Virus record (IMG/VR): IMGVR_UViG_3300010361_000006
Source of the DNA: a virus
DNA: 45,489 nucleotides
Reading direction: 5' to 3' (one strand)
Made by a program: the position numbers and the translations under genes. The notes beneath the pieces were generated by a model. It did not search any database. It worked only from the letters and a program-made list of their open reading frames with translations, and was not told the DNA's origin. This document shows, one piece after another, positions 1 through 7,714 of this stretch; position 1 is the stretch's first letter; every line of letters begins with the position of its first letter.

Positions 1-123
1 ATGGTCAAATCTTGAATCAGATCTGACTTCCGATAGAGCCTTCGGATAGAGCGATCTTTGAATCAATCAGATGTATCTCCAGACCCGAGATAGACCCTTC
101 TATCCGACACCTCCAGTGGCATC
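1..123. repeat. Direct terminal repeat, left copy (identical to 45367-45489)
   Basis: Base-by-base comparison shows nt 1-123 (atggtcaaatcttgaatcag...ctccagtggcatc) are identical to the last 123 nt of the window. Identity stops right at the boundaries: tccatc precedes 45367 and gttctag follows 123. Confidence 0.95.
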
Positions 124-276
124 GTTCTAGCATCTGATCAGACCCTCCGGATAGGACGATCTGATGCTCCCATCAGGTCAAACTGACTAAATGCGCGACG
201 CAGGCGCGCGCGATTATTACCATGCCATATTCACTGATGCAAGCAAAGAATTAGTAGTCACGACCTAAAATCTTAG

Positions 277-304
277 TTGCATCGGTCAGCGGTGAGCGTA
301 TAAT
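277..304 (+). promoter_or_regulatory. sigma70-type promoter candidate (TTGCAT-16 nt-TATAAT) for gene 404-916
   Basis: TTGCAT at 277-282, a 16-nt spacer, and a perfect TATAAT at 299-304. It lies in a non-coding stretch about 100 nt upstream of the ATG at 404. Confidence 0.6.
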
Positions 305-403
305 TCTATTTGTGGGCAGCAGGGTGCTGCTCCACACTGGGGTGAACCCTCTTAGGGTGAACCCGTACTCGTATCTTAACTATCGTATTGGGGTAATAAA
401 ATC

Positions 404-916
404 ATGGCAATTGGCGCATATCTCATCGCTGGCAACGTCTCCCGTGAAATCCAAATCCACACCTACACGTGGCAAATCAAGAAGGGTAATCTGCCGCAGA
501 CGCAGGCGACCATCAACGGCACGCCTAAGCAACTCATCAAGCGCACCAAGGGTCGCGGTCAAGGTACCGACATGGAGTTCTGCGCCTACTTCAGCGTGGC
601 GGATCGCGTAGTGGACGGGAAGCCGGAGTACACCAACTACTTCTTCTGGACCACCGATCTGTTCAAGGATGGGCTGCTCCCGGCGGATGCGCAGATCTTC
701 ACCGGCGACTACAAGGAGGTCCAGGTGCGGGAGGAAAAGCGCAAGGCGGAGGAGGCTGCGGCTGCGGAGGCTGCCGCTGCGGAGGCTGCGGCTGCGGAGG
801 CTGCCGCCAAGGCGGCTGAGGCGGGAAGCGCGTGGCAACCCACGGACGTTCAAGGCCCTCCCGCTCCCGTCAAGGCCAAGCGACGTGCTCCGCGCGCCAA
901 GAAGGTCGCAGCGTAA
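404..916 (+). CDS. Hypothetical protein with (AAAAE)n helical linker and basic C-terminal tail; stand-alone transcription unit
   Basis: 170-aa ORF starting at ATG 404, bracketed by promoter 277-304 and terminator 928-953. C-terminus reads KAEEAAAAEAAAAEAAAAEAAAKAAEA followed by KAKRRAPRAKKVAA. No family recognised by eye. Confidence 0.7.
   Translation: MAIGAYLIAGNVSREIQIHTYTWQIKKGNLPQTQATINGTPKQLIKRTKGRGQGTDMEFCAYFSVADRVVDGKPEYTNYFFWTTDLFKDGLLPADAQIFTGDYKEVQVREEKRKAEEAAAAEAAAAEAAAAEAAAKAAEAGSAWQPTDVQGPPAPVKAKRRAPRAKKVAA
746..823 (+). repeat. 15-bp tandem repeat (gcggaggctgcSgct) encoding the Ala/Glu linker of ORF 404-916
   Basis: gcg gag gct gcN gct is repeated about 4-5 times in frame within 746-823. 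Confidence 0.8.
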
Positions 917-927
917 GCTTACTTCAA

Positions 928-953
928 GACCCCGCTCCGGCGGGGTTTTTCTT
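928..953 (+). terminator. Rho-independent terminator after ORF 404-916
   Basis: Stem ccccgc (930-935) pairs with gcgggg (940-945) around loop tccg, followed by tttttctt, 12 nt after the stop codon. Confidence 0.8.
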
Positions 954-960
954 CGTCCTG

Positions 961-1149
961 GATCTTCCACCTCTCCATTCTCTCTGATCTCTACATCATT
1001 TGATCAGATGATGATCATAGGACGATCTATGGTCGGCATCACATAGATCGGTTATTGGATCAGATTGATAGATTGATCTATGAACTAGATTGATAGATCG
1101 TTCTGACGATCTCAGATCTCTGAGAGTCAGAGCGAGAGAGATCTCTCTC
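961..1149. repeat. GATC-dense iteron/palindrome array in a convergent intergenic region
   Basis: I counted 12 GATC sites between 961 and 1143. The 12-bp direct repeat agattgatagat occurs at 1062-1073 and 1087-1098. The ATAGATC motif occurs four times: 1043-1049 and 1093-1099 on +, 1024-1030 and 1075-1081 on -. A perfect 16-bp palindrome gagagagatctctctc lies at 1134-1149. TGATCAG/TGATCAT hexamers lie at 1001-1018. Confidence 0.85.
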
Positions 1150-1254
1150 ATAAAGCATTCTATCGGCGGGGCGGGTCATCAAATCGGTCAGGGATCGGTC
1201 ACTTTCTCAGCTACCCAACCCCTAATCAACTTGACACCCATGAAAATAGAACAA

Positions 1255-1899
1255 TTAGTCGTCCTTAAAAGCGATTAATATAGTCGCCCTCCCATGAGGT
1301 TGAAGTCCAGCTTCTACTCTGGCTTTGTTTTTCCTTTCAAAATGTCCATCCGCCCTTTTCTTCTTCTCAATGCTCACCACCTTCACATCCCTAATCAACG
1401 TCCCATCCTCCCTGTAGACTCGTTGCCTCTTTGCAAGCATTTGTTCCTGGACTAATTTACGAGCTCTAGCAATATCCTTTCGCCGATATTCCGGAGCAAG
1501 ATCTTCATTACGTTGTTTAAGAAATTGTTCCCTACACCCTATCAGCTCCCCCATCTGGTCGTATTTCGGCTCCCACGTCAGTTTCCGTTTCCATCTTTCT
1601 ATCTGGTGTGGGTATTTATCACCATCCGGGGGCGGATTCTTTCTAAGCCATTCCTTCACAAACGCCACGCGCTTTGGGAGCGTGGGGAAGTGATTTTTGC
1701 CCAATATGAAATTGCATTCTAAACAAGCAGATATCAGCAGGAGTAACACATCCGTCAAGTCATTCTTCCTAGCCCAGCTCAACGGTGGAACGTGGTCCTG
1801 GCAACTGTTCTGCTCCCCACAGTAGAAGCAGGTATGATAATCCAGTCCGGTGGGAATGAGATATTGAAAGTGTAAATCCAAGTTATCGTATACGCTCAT
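1255..1899 (-). CDS. HNH endonuclease (putative homing/packaging-associated)
   Basis: 214-aa ORF. Motif CFYCGE..SCQDHVPP...SACLECNFILGK matches the HNH pattern CxxC...H...CxxCN. Lys/Arg-rich C-terminus. AT-richer than neighbouring genes. Confidence 0.7.
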   Translation of the reverse strand: MSVYDNLDLHFQYLIPTGLDYHTCFYCGEQNSCQDHVPPLSWARKNDLTDVLLLLISACLECNFILGKNHFPTLPKRVAFVKEWLRKNPPPDGDKYPHQIERWKRKLTWEPKYDQMGELIGCREQFLKQRNEDLAPEYRRKDIARARKLVQEQMLAKRQRVYREDGTLIRDVKVVSIEKKKRADGHFERKNKARVEAGLQPHGRATILIAFKDD

Positions 1900-1945
1900 G
1901 TCATCTCCATATTAGAATGGCCCCACCATGGGGCCATTGTGTGTA

Positions 1946-2242
1946 TCAGTCCAACCTTGCAACTTCAAAGCTGCAATCTGGCTCCATCACGCACACCCAG
2001 TCGTACTCGTAAAACCATATCACCTCATCGCGCAAGCGAGCCATGGCCAAGGGTTTCATCACAGGATCCCCAGGAAACTTCAGCCATCCGCTTACTGGGT
2101 CGCATTCAAAGCCATCCAGCGGCTGCCATCCACCCACATACCTTTCCCCAATCTGCGCCCGTGCCGGGCGCTCATCCTCATCCGTTACGAACTCTGGTAA
2201 GTACCCTAAATCCACCCCCAGTCCAGTCATCCATAGCAACAT
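1946..2242 (-). CDS. Hypothetical protein
   Basis: 98-aa ORF co-oriented with neighbouring genes. Overlapping + strand ORFs are Pro/Ser-rich shadow frames. Confidence 0.55.
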   Translation of the reverse strand: MLLWMTGLGVDLGYLPEFVTDEDERPARAQIGERYVGGWQPLDGFECDPVSGWLKFPGDPVMKPLAMARLRDEVIWFYEYDWVCVMEPDCSFEVARLD

Positions 2243-2321
2243 GTCAGTCTCCCCCTAGTATTGTTCAACAAAGCCGAAGCACCATGCCTCAACCAGTGTC
2301 CAGTCGTCCTTGGGACGACAC

Positions 2322-2612
2322 CTACGCACTGCATCTGCCTTCTTCTCCCCGCTCGCACACTTCGTCATTCTGGCACCCGTGCCCGGATGCTCCCACGTCA
2401 CAAACCACAGTGGAACTAAATTCATAATAGTGCTCCTTCGCCTGTTCGGCGGTAAAATTCGTCACATCTATCGCCGTCCCCACGTAACGGATGGTTTCTA
2501 GCTTGAACAGTCCATCGTTGGCCATCGCGTACTCCAGCATCTGCTTATATTCCGCCTGTGTGATGCTATAGACGCTACCGGCCACGACGATGAGTCTTCT
2601 TCTTCCCCACAC
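2322..2612 (-). CDS. Hypothetical protein
   Basis: 96-aa ORF with a GTG start at 2612, preceded by gggaggg 4 nt upstream (Shine-Dalgarno). Confidence 0.5.
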   Translation of the reverse strand: MWGRRRLIVVAGSVYSITQAEYKQMLEYAMANDGLFKLETIRYVGTAIDVTNFTAEQAKEHYYEFSSTVVCDVGASGHGCQNDEVCERGEEGRCSA

Positions 2613-2712
2613 GTTTCCCTCCCGTCAGGATATCCCAGACTGCTACGAGGGCCATGGCTAAGACCCAACCAAAGACTATACTACCCGCACTCAGCGTAAT
2701 CCAGTCTAGCAT
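2575..2712 (-). CDS. Small single-pass membrane protein candidate (45 aa)
   Basis: Hand translation from ATG 2712 gives MLDWITLSAGSIVFGWVLAMALVAVWDILTGGKRVGKKKTHRRGR*. This is one hydrophobic helix plus a basic tail, preceded by gaggggtgggg. It fills a gap that would otherwise be 144 nt. It is below the ORF-track size cut-off. Confidence 0.35.
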   Translation of the reverse strand: MLDWITLSAGSIVFGWVLAMALVAVWDILTGGKRVGKKKTHRRGR

Positions 2713-2756
2713 GGCCCCACCCCTCAGTTTTAGGTTAAGTCTTACCTACTACTGCG

Positions 2757-3023
2757 TCATGTCAGTTGCCCCATCCGCTTGTTATAGAGTCCTGCCTCCA
2801 CCATGTAGCAGGGGAAGTACGACTCCGCCAGTGCATACACCCACCCATCTGGCACGTCCCAAATCACTTTTCCATCCAGCCAGAAGGCGGCGGTCACCCA
2901 CCGTACCGTCCCATCCCCCGCATGGGCCATAATTAAACAGTTGCCCAACATCTCGTCTGGTATCTCATCGTCATACCAGTCCGGGTTGAACTGATCATCC
3001 TCATCTAGACGGACTCCCATCAT
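2757..3023 (-). CDS. Hypothetical acidic protein
   Basis: 88-aa ORF with a 4-nt overlap with the upstream ORF 3020-3322. Confidence 0.55.
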   Translation of the reverse strand: MMGVRLDEDDQFNPDWYDDEIPDEMLGNCLIMAHAGDGTVRWVTAAFWLDGKVIWDVPDGWVYALAESYFPCYMVEAGLYNKRMGQLT

Positions 3024-3322
3024 AGCTCCTTAGGCGTATACCGGTGCCACTCCGTCAAGCGACAGAGGTACACCGGTGCGAATTTGATTGGACGAACAAC
3101 GTTTTCAATCTTGTTGTCGCCCACGTAGATCATCAAACGGCCCAAGGTGCCCAGTGGGATGCGATTACTCACCCAGAAGGCATGCAGCGTCTGTAGGATC
3201 GCTGCGTCCTTGTGCAGAATGATGATACATGGCCTCATCTCGGGATGTTGGTATTCTGTACCGTAGTACGCCAGCCTTGCATCCCCATTCAGGCTGTATC
3301 CACTCACATTCGGTAGATCCAT
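3020..3322 (-). CDS. Hypothetical protein
   Basis: 100-aa ORF, the first gene of the leftward block. It diverges from the terminase operon. Confidence 0.55.
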   Translation of the reverse strand: MDLPNVSGYSLNGDARLAYYGTEYQHPEMRPCIIILHKDAAILQTLHAFWVSNRIPLGTLGRLMIYVGDNKIENVVRPIKFAPVYLCRLTEWHRYTPKEL

Positions 3323-3407
3323 TGGTACTCCTTACGAGATCGCTGATCCAGCACCATGCTGTACAGCACCTAACATTGTACCTATACTTAGGTTCAGGAG
3401 GCTCACC

Positions 3408-3791
3408 ATGCAATCCCATCCTACCATTCTTCCCTCCCCAGATGACACGGATAGCCAGTTGATGCCTGCGACACGGGATGAGCTGACCAAGTCTCTGGAA
3501 TATGCGCAGCGGCATAAGTCGCTTCCTCAGTTTCTTCGCGCGCGCGATGCTAGGCAGGCATTCAAGCAAGCGTTTGAGCTCATCGGTGGCGTCCCCCGGC
3601 TGGCCCTGTGGGCGGATCAAAACCCTGGCCAGTTCTACAACCTCTATGCGCGCTTCCTCAGCGATCCACAAGGGCGCAGTGATCCACCGCCCATCCAGCT
3701 GAACCTCTCATGGATGAAGGGTCGAGACCTGACCGGGACCGCGGTCGCTGTTTATCAGCCGGGTGAAGACGATGGAACCCCAGCTCCTTAA
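3408..3791 (+). CDS. Small terminase subunit candidate
   Basis: 127-aa ORF with AGGAGG 6 nt upstream of ATG 3408. It lies immediately upstream of and overlapping the large terminase gene. The assignment rests on position only. Confidence 0.5.
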   Translation: MQSHPTILPSPDDTDSQLMPATRDELTKSLEYAQRHKSLPQFLRARDARQAFKQAFELIGGVPRLALWADQNPGQFYNLYARFLSDPQGRSDPPPIQLNLSWMKGRDLTGTAVAVYQPGEDDGTPAP

Positions 3792-5094
3792 TTACGTCCC
3801 GCGTGGGTACTTCGTTTCTATGCATCAGCGGCAGCATCGGTGGGCGTGCGTGGTGGCCCATCGCCGCTCCGGTAAGACGTTCGCGCTGATTAACGACTTG
3901 ATTCTGGCGGCGTTGGAGTGTGTGCTGCCCCATCCACGGCTCGTCTTTGCCGCGCCCACCTATGCTCAGGCTCAGCGGATCGCATGGGACTACCTGAAGC
4001 GGCAGTCCGTTCCATTCCAGGAGAAGCGTCCAAATGAAACGGATCTATCAGTTCAGCTTCTGGGGGATCGCAGGATTTATCTTATTGGTATGGATAATCC
4101 TGACTCAATTCGTGGGCTGTATCTGGACGGGGCCGTACTCGACGAATTCGCATTTGCTAGACCGTCAGCTTGGTCTCAAATCATCCGTCCAGCGCTCTCC
4201 GACAGACGAGGATGGGCCGTCCTGTCCAGCACCCCTAATGGACAGAACCATTTCTATGACGTGTACAACTACGCTGTCGCCTCTCCCGCTTGGGCCACCT
4301 ACTTCCTACGGTACTCAGACACCCTCATCATCCCGCCCGACGAAATAGAATCGTTGCGGTCTAGCATGTCGGAAGAGGAATTTGAGCAGGAATATAATTG
4401 CAGTTTCACCGCTTCCATCATTGGATCAATCTATGGACGACTCATATCTGACCTTGAGTCGCGGGGACAGCTTGTCGACGCTCATTACGACTCTAGCAAG
4501 CCAGTTCAAATTGCGTTTGACTTGGGTTACGCCGACGCCACTGCGCTTTGGACTTTCCAACCGGCCATGGATGGCGTGGCCGTTTTGCAATATCACGAGA
4601 ACACGCGACAGCCAGTCGATTATTACATTGGATATCTTCGCTCCCAGTCTTTCACAATCAGTGATATCTGGCTCCCGCACGACGCCAAAGCGCATACGAT
4701 GGTTACTGGACGATCCATTCTTGATCAGTTCTTACAGGCATTCCCAGGACGGGTGCATATTGCTCCCAGACTCTCAGTTGCCGATGGAATTGCAGCGGTG
4801 CGGCAGCTACTCCCATCCTGTCATTTCACCTCCGCCTGTGCAGAGGGAATACGTAATCTGCGGCAGTATCAGTATCGGTATGACGAAGTCAAGCAATGCT
4901 TCAGCCAAGAGCCACTTCACGATTGGGCATCCAACGGAGCAGATGCTTTCCGCACGCTCGGAGTGGTTACTAGACCCGCACATTTGCTGCCCAAGGATGA
5001 TGTGGTAGAGGAAAAGAAGCCAGAGGAGAATGTGCTATGCCTACACAATCTATGGCAGGAATACGACAACCTACGCAAGACACGGAGGATATGA
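3763..5094 (+). CDS. terL: Terminase large subunit
   Basis: Walker A-like VVAHRRSGKTF and Walker B-like LYLDGAVLDEFAF. C-terminal nuclease-type motifs IAFDLGYADATA and WLPHDA. The start could be GTG 3763 or ATG 3772. Confidence 0.9.
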   Translation: MKTMEPQLLNYVPRGYFVSMHQRQHRWACVVAHRRSGKTFALINDLILAALECVLPHPRLVFAAPTYAQAQRIAWDYLKRQSVPFQEKRPNETDLSVQLLGDRRIYLIGMDNPDSIRGLYLDGAVLDEFAFARPSAWSQIIRPALSDRRGWAVLSSTPNGQNHFYDVYNYAVASPAWATYFLRYSDTLIIPPDEIESLRSSMSEEEFEQEYNCSFTASIIGSIYGRLISDLESRGQLVDAHYDSSKPVQIAFDLGYADATALWTFQPAMDGVAVLQYHENTRQPVDYYIGYLRSQSFTISDIWLPHDAKAHTMVTGRSILDQFLQAFPGRVHIAPRLSVADGIAAVRQLLPSCHFTSACAEGIRNLRQYQYRYDEVKQCFSQEPLHDWASNGADAFRTLGVVTRPAHLLPKDDVVEEKKPEENVLCLHNLWQEYDNLRKTRRI

Positions 5095-5279
5095 TGCCTT
5101 CAAAGAGTCCCGCCCAAGCTCGCCTGATGGCTGGCGTAGCGAATAACCCCAAATTCGCCAAGCAAGTCGGTATTCCTCAGTCGGTAGGGAAGGAGTTCAA
5201 TGACGCAGATATGAGGAAGAAGCAAGGACAGCTGGCAACCGCGTTGCGCGGTAAGAATCAACAAGGAGGGCAACTCTAA
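5091..5279 (+). CDS. Small conserved phage protein (DUF3008-like)
   Basis: ATG 5091/5094 overlaps the terL stop (ATGA) and has GGAGG just upstream. MMPSKSPAQARLMAGVANNPKFAKQVGIPQSVGKEF resembles the KS.aQ.r.M motif of DUF3008. The ORF-track start at 5037 would overlap terL by 58 nt. Confidence 0.5.
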   Translation: MMPSKSPAQARLMAGVANNPKFAKQVGIPQSVGKEFNDADMRKKQGQLATALRGKNQQGGQL

Positions 5280-7714
5280 TGCAGTACCTGGATTCCAGTC
5301 CGGCCAAGGTATCTAGTCCCTCCGCCTATCCGGATACGCCCGAAGGTAATCAACGTCGCTGGTGCGCTGAGATTGAGGCTTCGGTGAAGGAACTGCGTGA
5401 ATGGCATACGCAGGGGGACAAGGTCGTGCGTCGCTACGAAGATCGTCGCGATGCTGTGGACGCGGTGGATAGGAAGTATAATCTCTTCCCCACCAACGTC
5501 CTGATCATGGAATCCGCCCTCTATGAAAAGGCACCGACTCCAGAAGTTCGGCGAAAGTTTGATGATCCTAATGATGATGTGGGTCGTGTCGCTGCGTCGC
5601 TGGTGGAACGGGCGATAACGCAGGATTTGGATGAGCCGAGTACGAACTTCGGGCAGGTGATGAAAGCCTGCATCAAGGATTGGCTGGTTCCAGGCCTCGG
5701 CACTTGCTGGCTCCGTCTGCACGTAGAGACAACCACTCAAAACGATCCGACCCTCCAAGCAGATTACGAAGTGATCCAAGAGGAGGAGGTGGTAATTGAG
5801 CACGTCCATTGGAAGGATTTACTCTGGTCCCCGTGTCGTACTTGGGAGGAGCGGAGGTGGACTGGGCGGCGCGTCTACATGTACAAGGATCAGTGTATCA
5901 AGCGATTTGGCAAGGAGAAAGAGAAGGATATCAGCTACAAAACGCCCGCGCCCACCAATGCGGATCCCAATGAGCCTCAGCATGAGCTTTTCAAGCGAGC
6001 AGAGATTTATGAGATCTGGGACAGGGAAAAGAAGGAGGTTTGGTGGATTAACAAGGGGATGGAATACCCGTTGGACCACCGGGATGATCCTCTCAAGCTG
6101 ACAATGTTTGAACCGATGCCGAAACCGTTGTTCGCGCTGCAGACAACGAGTAATGTCGTGCCTCGGCCGGATTATGTGATGATCCAGGACCAGTATCAGG
6201 AGCTGGACATTCTTAACAATCGCATTTCCTTGCTGATTCAGGCATGTAAAGCGGTCGGCGTTTATGACAGAGCAAGCAACGGGGTGCAGCGGCTGATGAC
6301 GGAGGGCTTTGATAATGCTCTCATTCCTGTTGACAATTGGGCGATGTTTGCGGAGCGTGGTGGGCTCAAGGGAGTCATCGACTGGCTTCCTCTGGAAGTG
6401 GTCGTCACAGCCGTACAAACGCTTGTCACCGCCCGAGAGGCGATTAAGCAGCAGATTTATGAGCTCACCGGCATTGCTGACATCGTTCGTGGTGCGACTA
6501 AGGCCAGTGAAACCCTCGGTGCTCAAGAACTAAAGGCGAAATTTGCTTCTATCCGAATTCAAACGCGTCAAGAAGATGTTGCCCGCTTCGCAAGTGAGAT
6601 CTTCCGTATCAAAGCTGAGATGATGCTTAAGCATATGCAGTTTGACACCGTCCTGCAGCGATCTGGGGTCGCCTATCTCAACGAGCAGCCGCAACTCGTC
6701 CAGCAGGCGGTACAGCTCCTGCGTGATGCCAATGAATTTGAGTGGCGAATCAACATTCAGTCCGATTCGATGGCCCAGATTGACTACGAGGGTGAGAAAC
6801 AGGACAGAATGGACCTGCTCAACACCCTCGGCAGCTTCTTTACGGGCGCAGTGCCGGCGATGGAGCAGGCACCGGACCTTCTCCCCCTAGGCGCGGCCAT
6901 GATCAAGTACGTCGTGGCGAGTTTCCGTGCGGGTAAGGAGATTGAGGGTGTGCTGGACATGGTTGTGGATGGAATGGTGCAGCAATATCAGCAACAGAAG
7001 GCGAATCCGCAGCCGAAGCCGAATCCGGCCATGATGAAGGCCCAAGCGGACGTGCAAGCCACCCGGATGAAGACTCAGGCACAGGTGGAAGGCACTCGCG
7101 CTAAGACTCAGGCATCGATGGAAAAGACTCGCATGGAAATGGGCATGAAACGCCTTGAACTCGTGCATGATGCGACAATTAAGGAGAAGGAGCACCAGAT
7201 GGACATGCGAAGCCTCCAGCAAGAGCAATTGCTCAAGGCTCAGCAGCAACATTTCGATCAGGCGCAGGCTCGGGAGGCTCAACTCCACAATATGTCACTG
7301 GCGGAGCAAGGTCAGGGCCATGAGCAAGCGCTGGCTACGCAAGGGCAGGGACATGAGCAGGCACTCGCCCGTCAGGGTCAGGGCCATGAGCAGGCACTAG
7401 CGGAACAGGGGCAACGACATGAGCAAGCCTTGGCAGTCAACAGTCAGGGACACAAACAAGCGCTCGCGGAAGATCAAGCAAAAGCTGACCAGCGACTTGC
7501 CCGGCAGCAAGCGACAGCTGAGGCAGGAGGAGGAAGTCTACCAGAACTTCCTGCCGAGGGGAGCGCTACGACGGATGCGAAGCTCGACAAAATGATGGAT
7601 GCCATCACCCAGATGGCTCAGGCCATTGGTCAGCTCTCCCAAACAATGAGTGCGCCCAAGCGAGTCGTTAGAGACCACATGGGCCGCGCCGTAGGCATGG
7701 AGGTCGTTAGATAA
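5279..7714 (+). CDS. Portal protein with repeat-containing helical C-terminal extension
   Basis: 811 aa, directly after the terminase genes, with a TAATG junction. Size and position fit a podovirus portal. The last ~250 aa are Q/A/E/K-rich helical sequence including five 11-aa repeats. Confidence 0.8.
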   Translation: MQYLDSSPAKVSSPSAYPDTPEGNQRRWCAEIEASVKELREWHTQGDKVVRRYEDRRDAVDAVDRKYNLFPTNVLIMESALYEKAPTPEVRRKFDDPNDDVGRVAASLVERAITQDLDEPSTNFGQVMKACIKDWLVPGLGTCWLRLHVETTTQNDPTLQADYEVIQEEEVVIEHVHWKDLLWSPCRTWEERRWTGRRVYMYKDQCIKRFGKEKEKDISYKTPAPTNADPNEPQHELFKRAEIYEIWDREKKEVWWINKGMEYPLDHRDDPLKLTMFEPMPKPLFALQTTSNVVPRPDYVMIQDQYQELDILNNRISLLIQACKAVGVYDRASNGVQRLMTEGFDNALIPVDNWAMFAERGGLKGVIDWLPLEVVVTAVQTLVTAREAIKQQIYELTGIADIVRGATKASETLGAQELKAKFASIRIQTRQEDVARFASEIFRIKAEMMLKHMQFDTVLQRSGVAYLNEQPQLVQQAVQLLRDANEFEWRINIQSDSMAQIDYEGEKQDRMDLLNTLGSFFTGAVPAMEQAPDLLPLGAAMIKYVVASFRAGKEIEGVLDMVVDGMVQQYQQQKANPQPKPNPAMMKAQADVQATRMKTQAQVEGTRAKTQASMEKTRMEMGMKRLELVHDATIKEKEHQMDMRSLQQEQLLKAQQQHFDQAQAREAQLHNMSLAEQGQGHEQALATQGQGHEQALARQGQGHEQALAEQGQRHEQALAVNSQGHKQALAEDQAKADQRLARQQATAEAGGGSLPELPAEGSATTDAKLDKMMDAITQMAQAIGQLSQTMSAPKRVVRDHMGRAVGMEVVR
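7301..7465 (+). repeat. 33-bp tandem repeat x5 inside the portal gene (A-E-Q-G-Q-G-H-E-Q-A-L units)
   Basis: The units are gcggagcaaggtcagggccatgagcaagcgctg, gctacgcaagggcagggacatgagcaggcactc, gcccgtcagggtcagggccatgagcaggcacta, gcggaacaggggcaacgacatgagcaagccttg and gcagtcaacagtcagggacacaaacaagcgctc. Confidence 0.9.

Noticed and set aside
380-1046. Long ORFs on the opposite strand or in alternative frames over the 404-916 gene (380-970 minus, 669-1046 plus, 312-611 plus)
   Set aside because: They are Arg/Ser/Leu/Pro-rich translations of the GC-rich Ala/Glu repeat and run through the terminator and iteron DNA. The 404-916 frame has a matching promoter and terminator, so these look like shadow ORFs.
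1-1160. Possibility that the short repeated motifs near the ends are a CRISPR array or an IS element with terminal inverted repeats
   Set aside because: The repeats are 7-13 nt, irregularly spaced and in both orientations, with no uniform repeat-spacer periodicity. The 123-bp end repeats are direct rather than inverted, and no transposase gene is present.
1939-2427. 162-aa and 90-aa plus-strand ORFs (1939-2427, 1928-2200) overlapping the minus-strand genes
   Set aside because: Their Pro/Ser/His-rich low-complexity translations have no ribosome-binding site and sit antisense to tightly packed minus-strand ORFs. They are most likely non-coding frames.
3165-3671. 168-aa minus-strand ORF spanning the divergent promoter region and the small terminase gene
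   Set aside because: It overlaps both ORF 3020-3322 and the terS candidate and crosses the intergenic control region. Its composition is Arg/Leu/Pro-biased, typical of an antisense frame.
5819-6526. 235-aa minus-strand ORF and other antisense ORFs inside the portal gene (5276-5809, 6887-7288)
   Set aside because: They lie entirely antisense to an 811-aa gene with coherent composition. They have no independent start signals, and the Leu/Arg-rich translations are typical of shadow ORFs.
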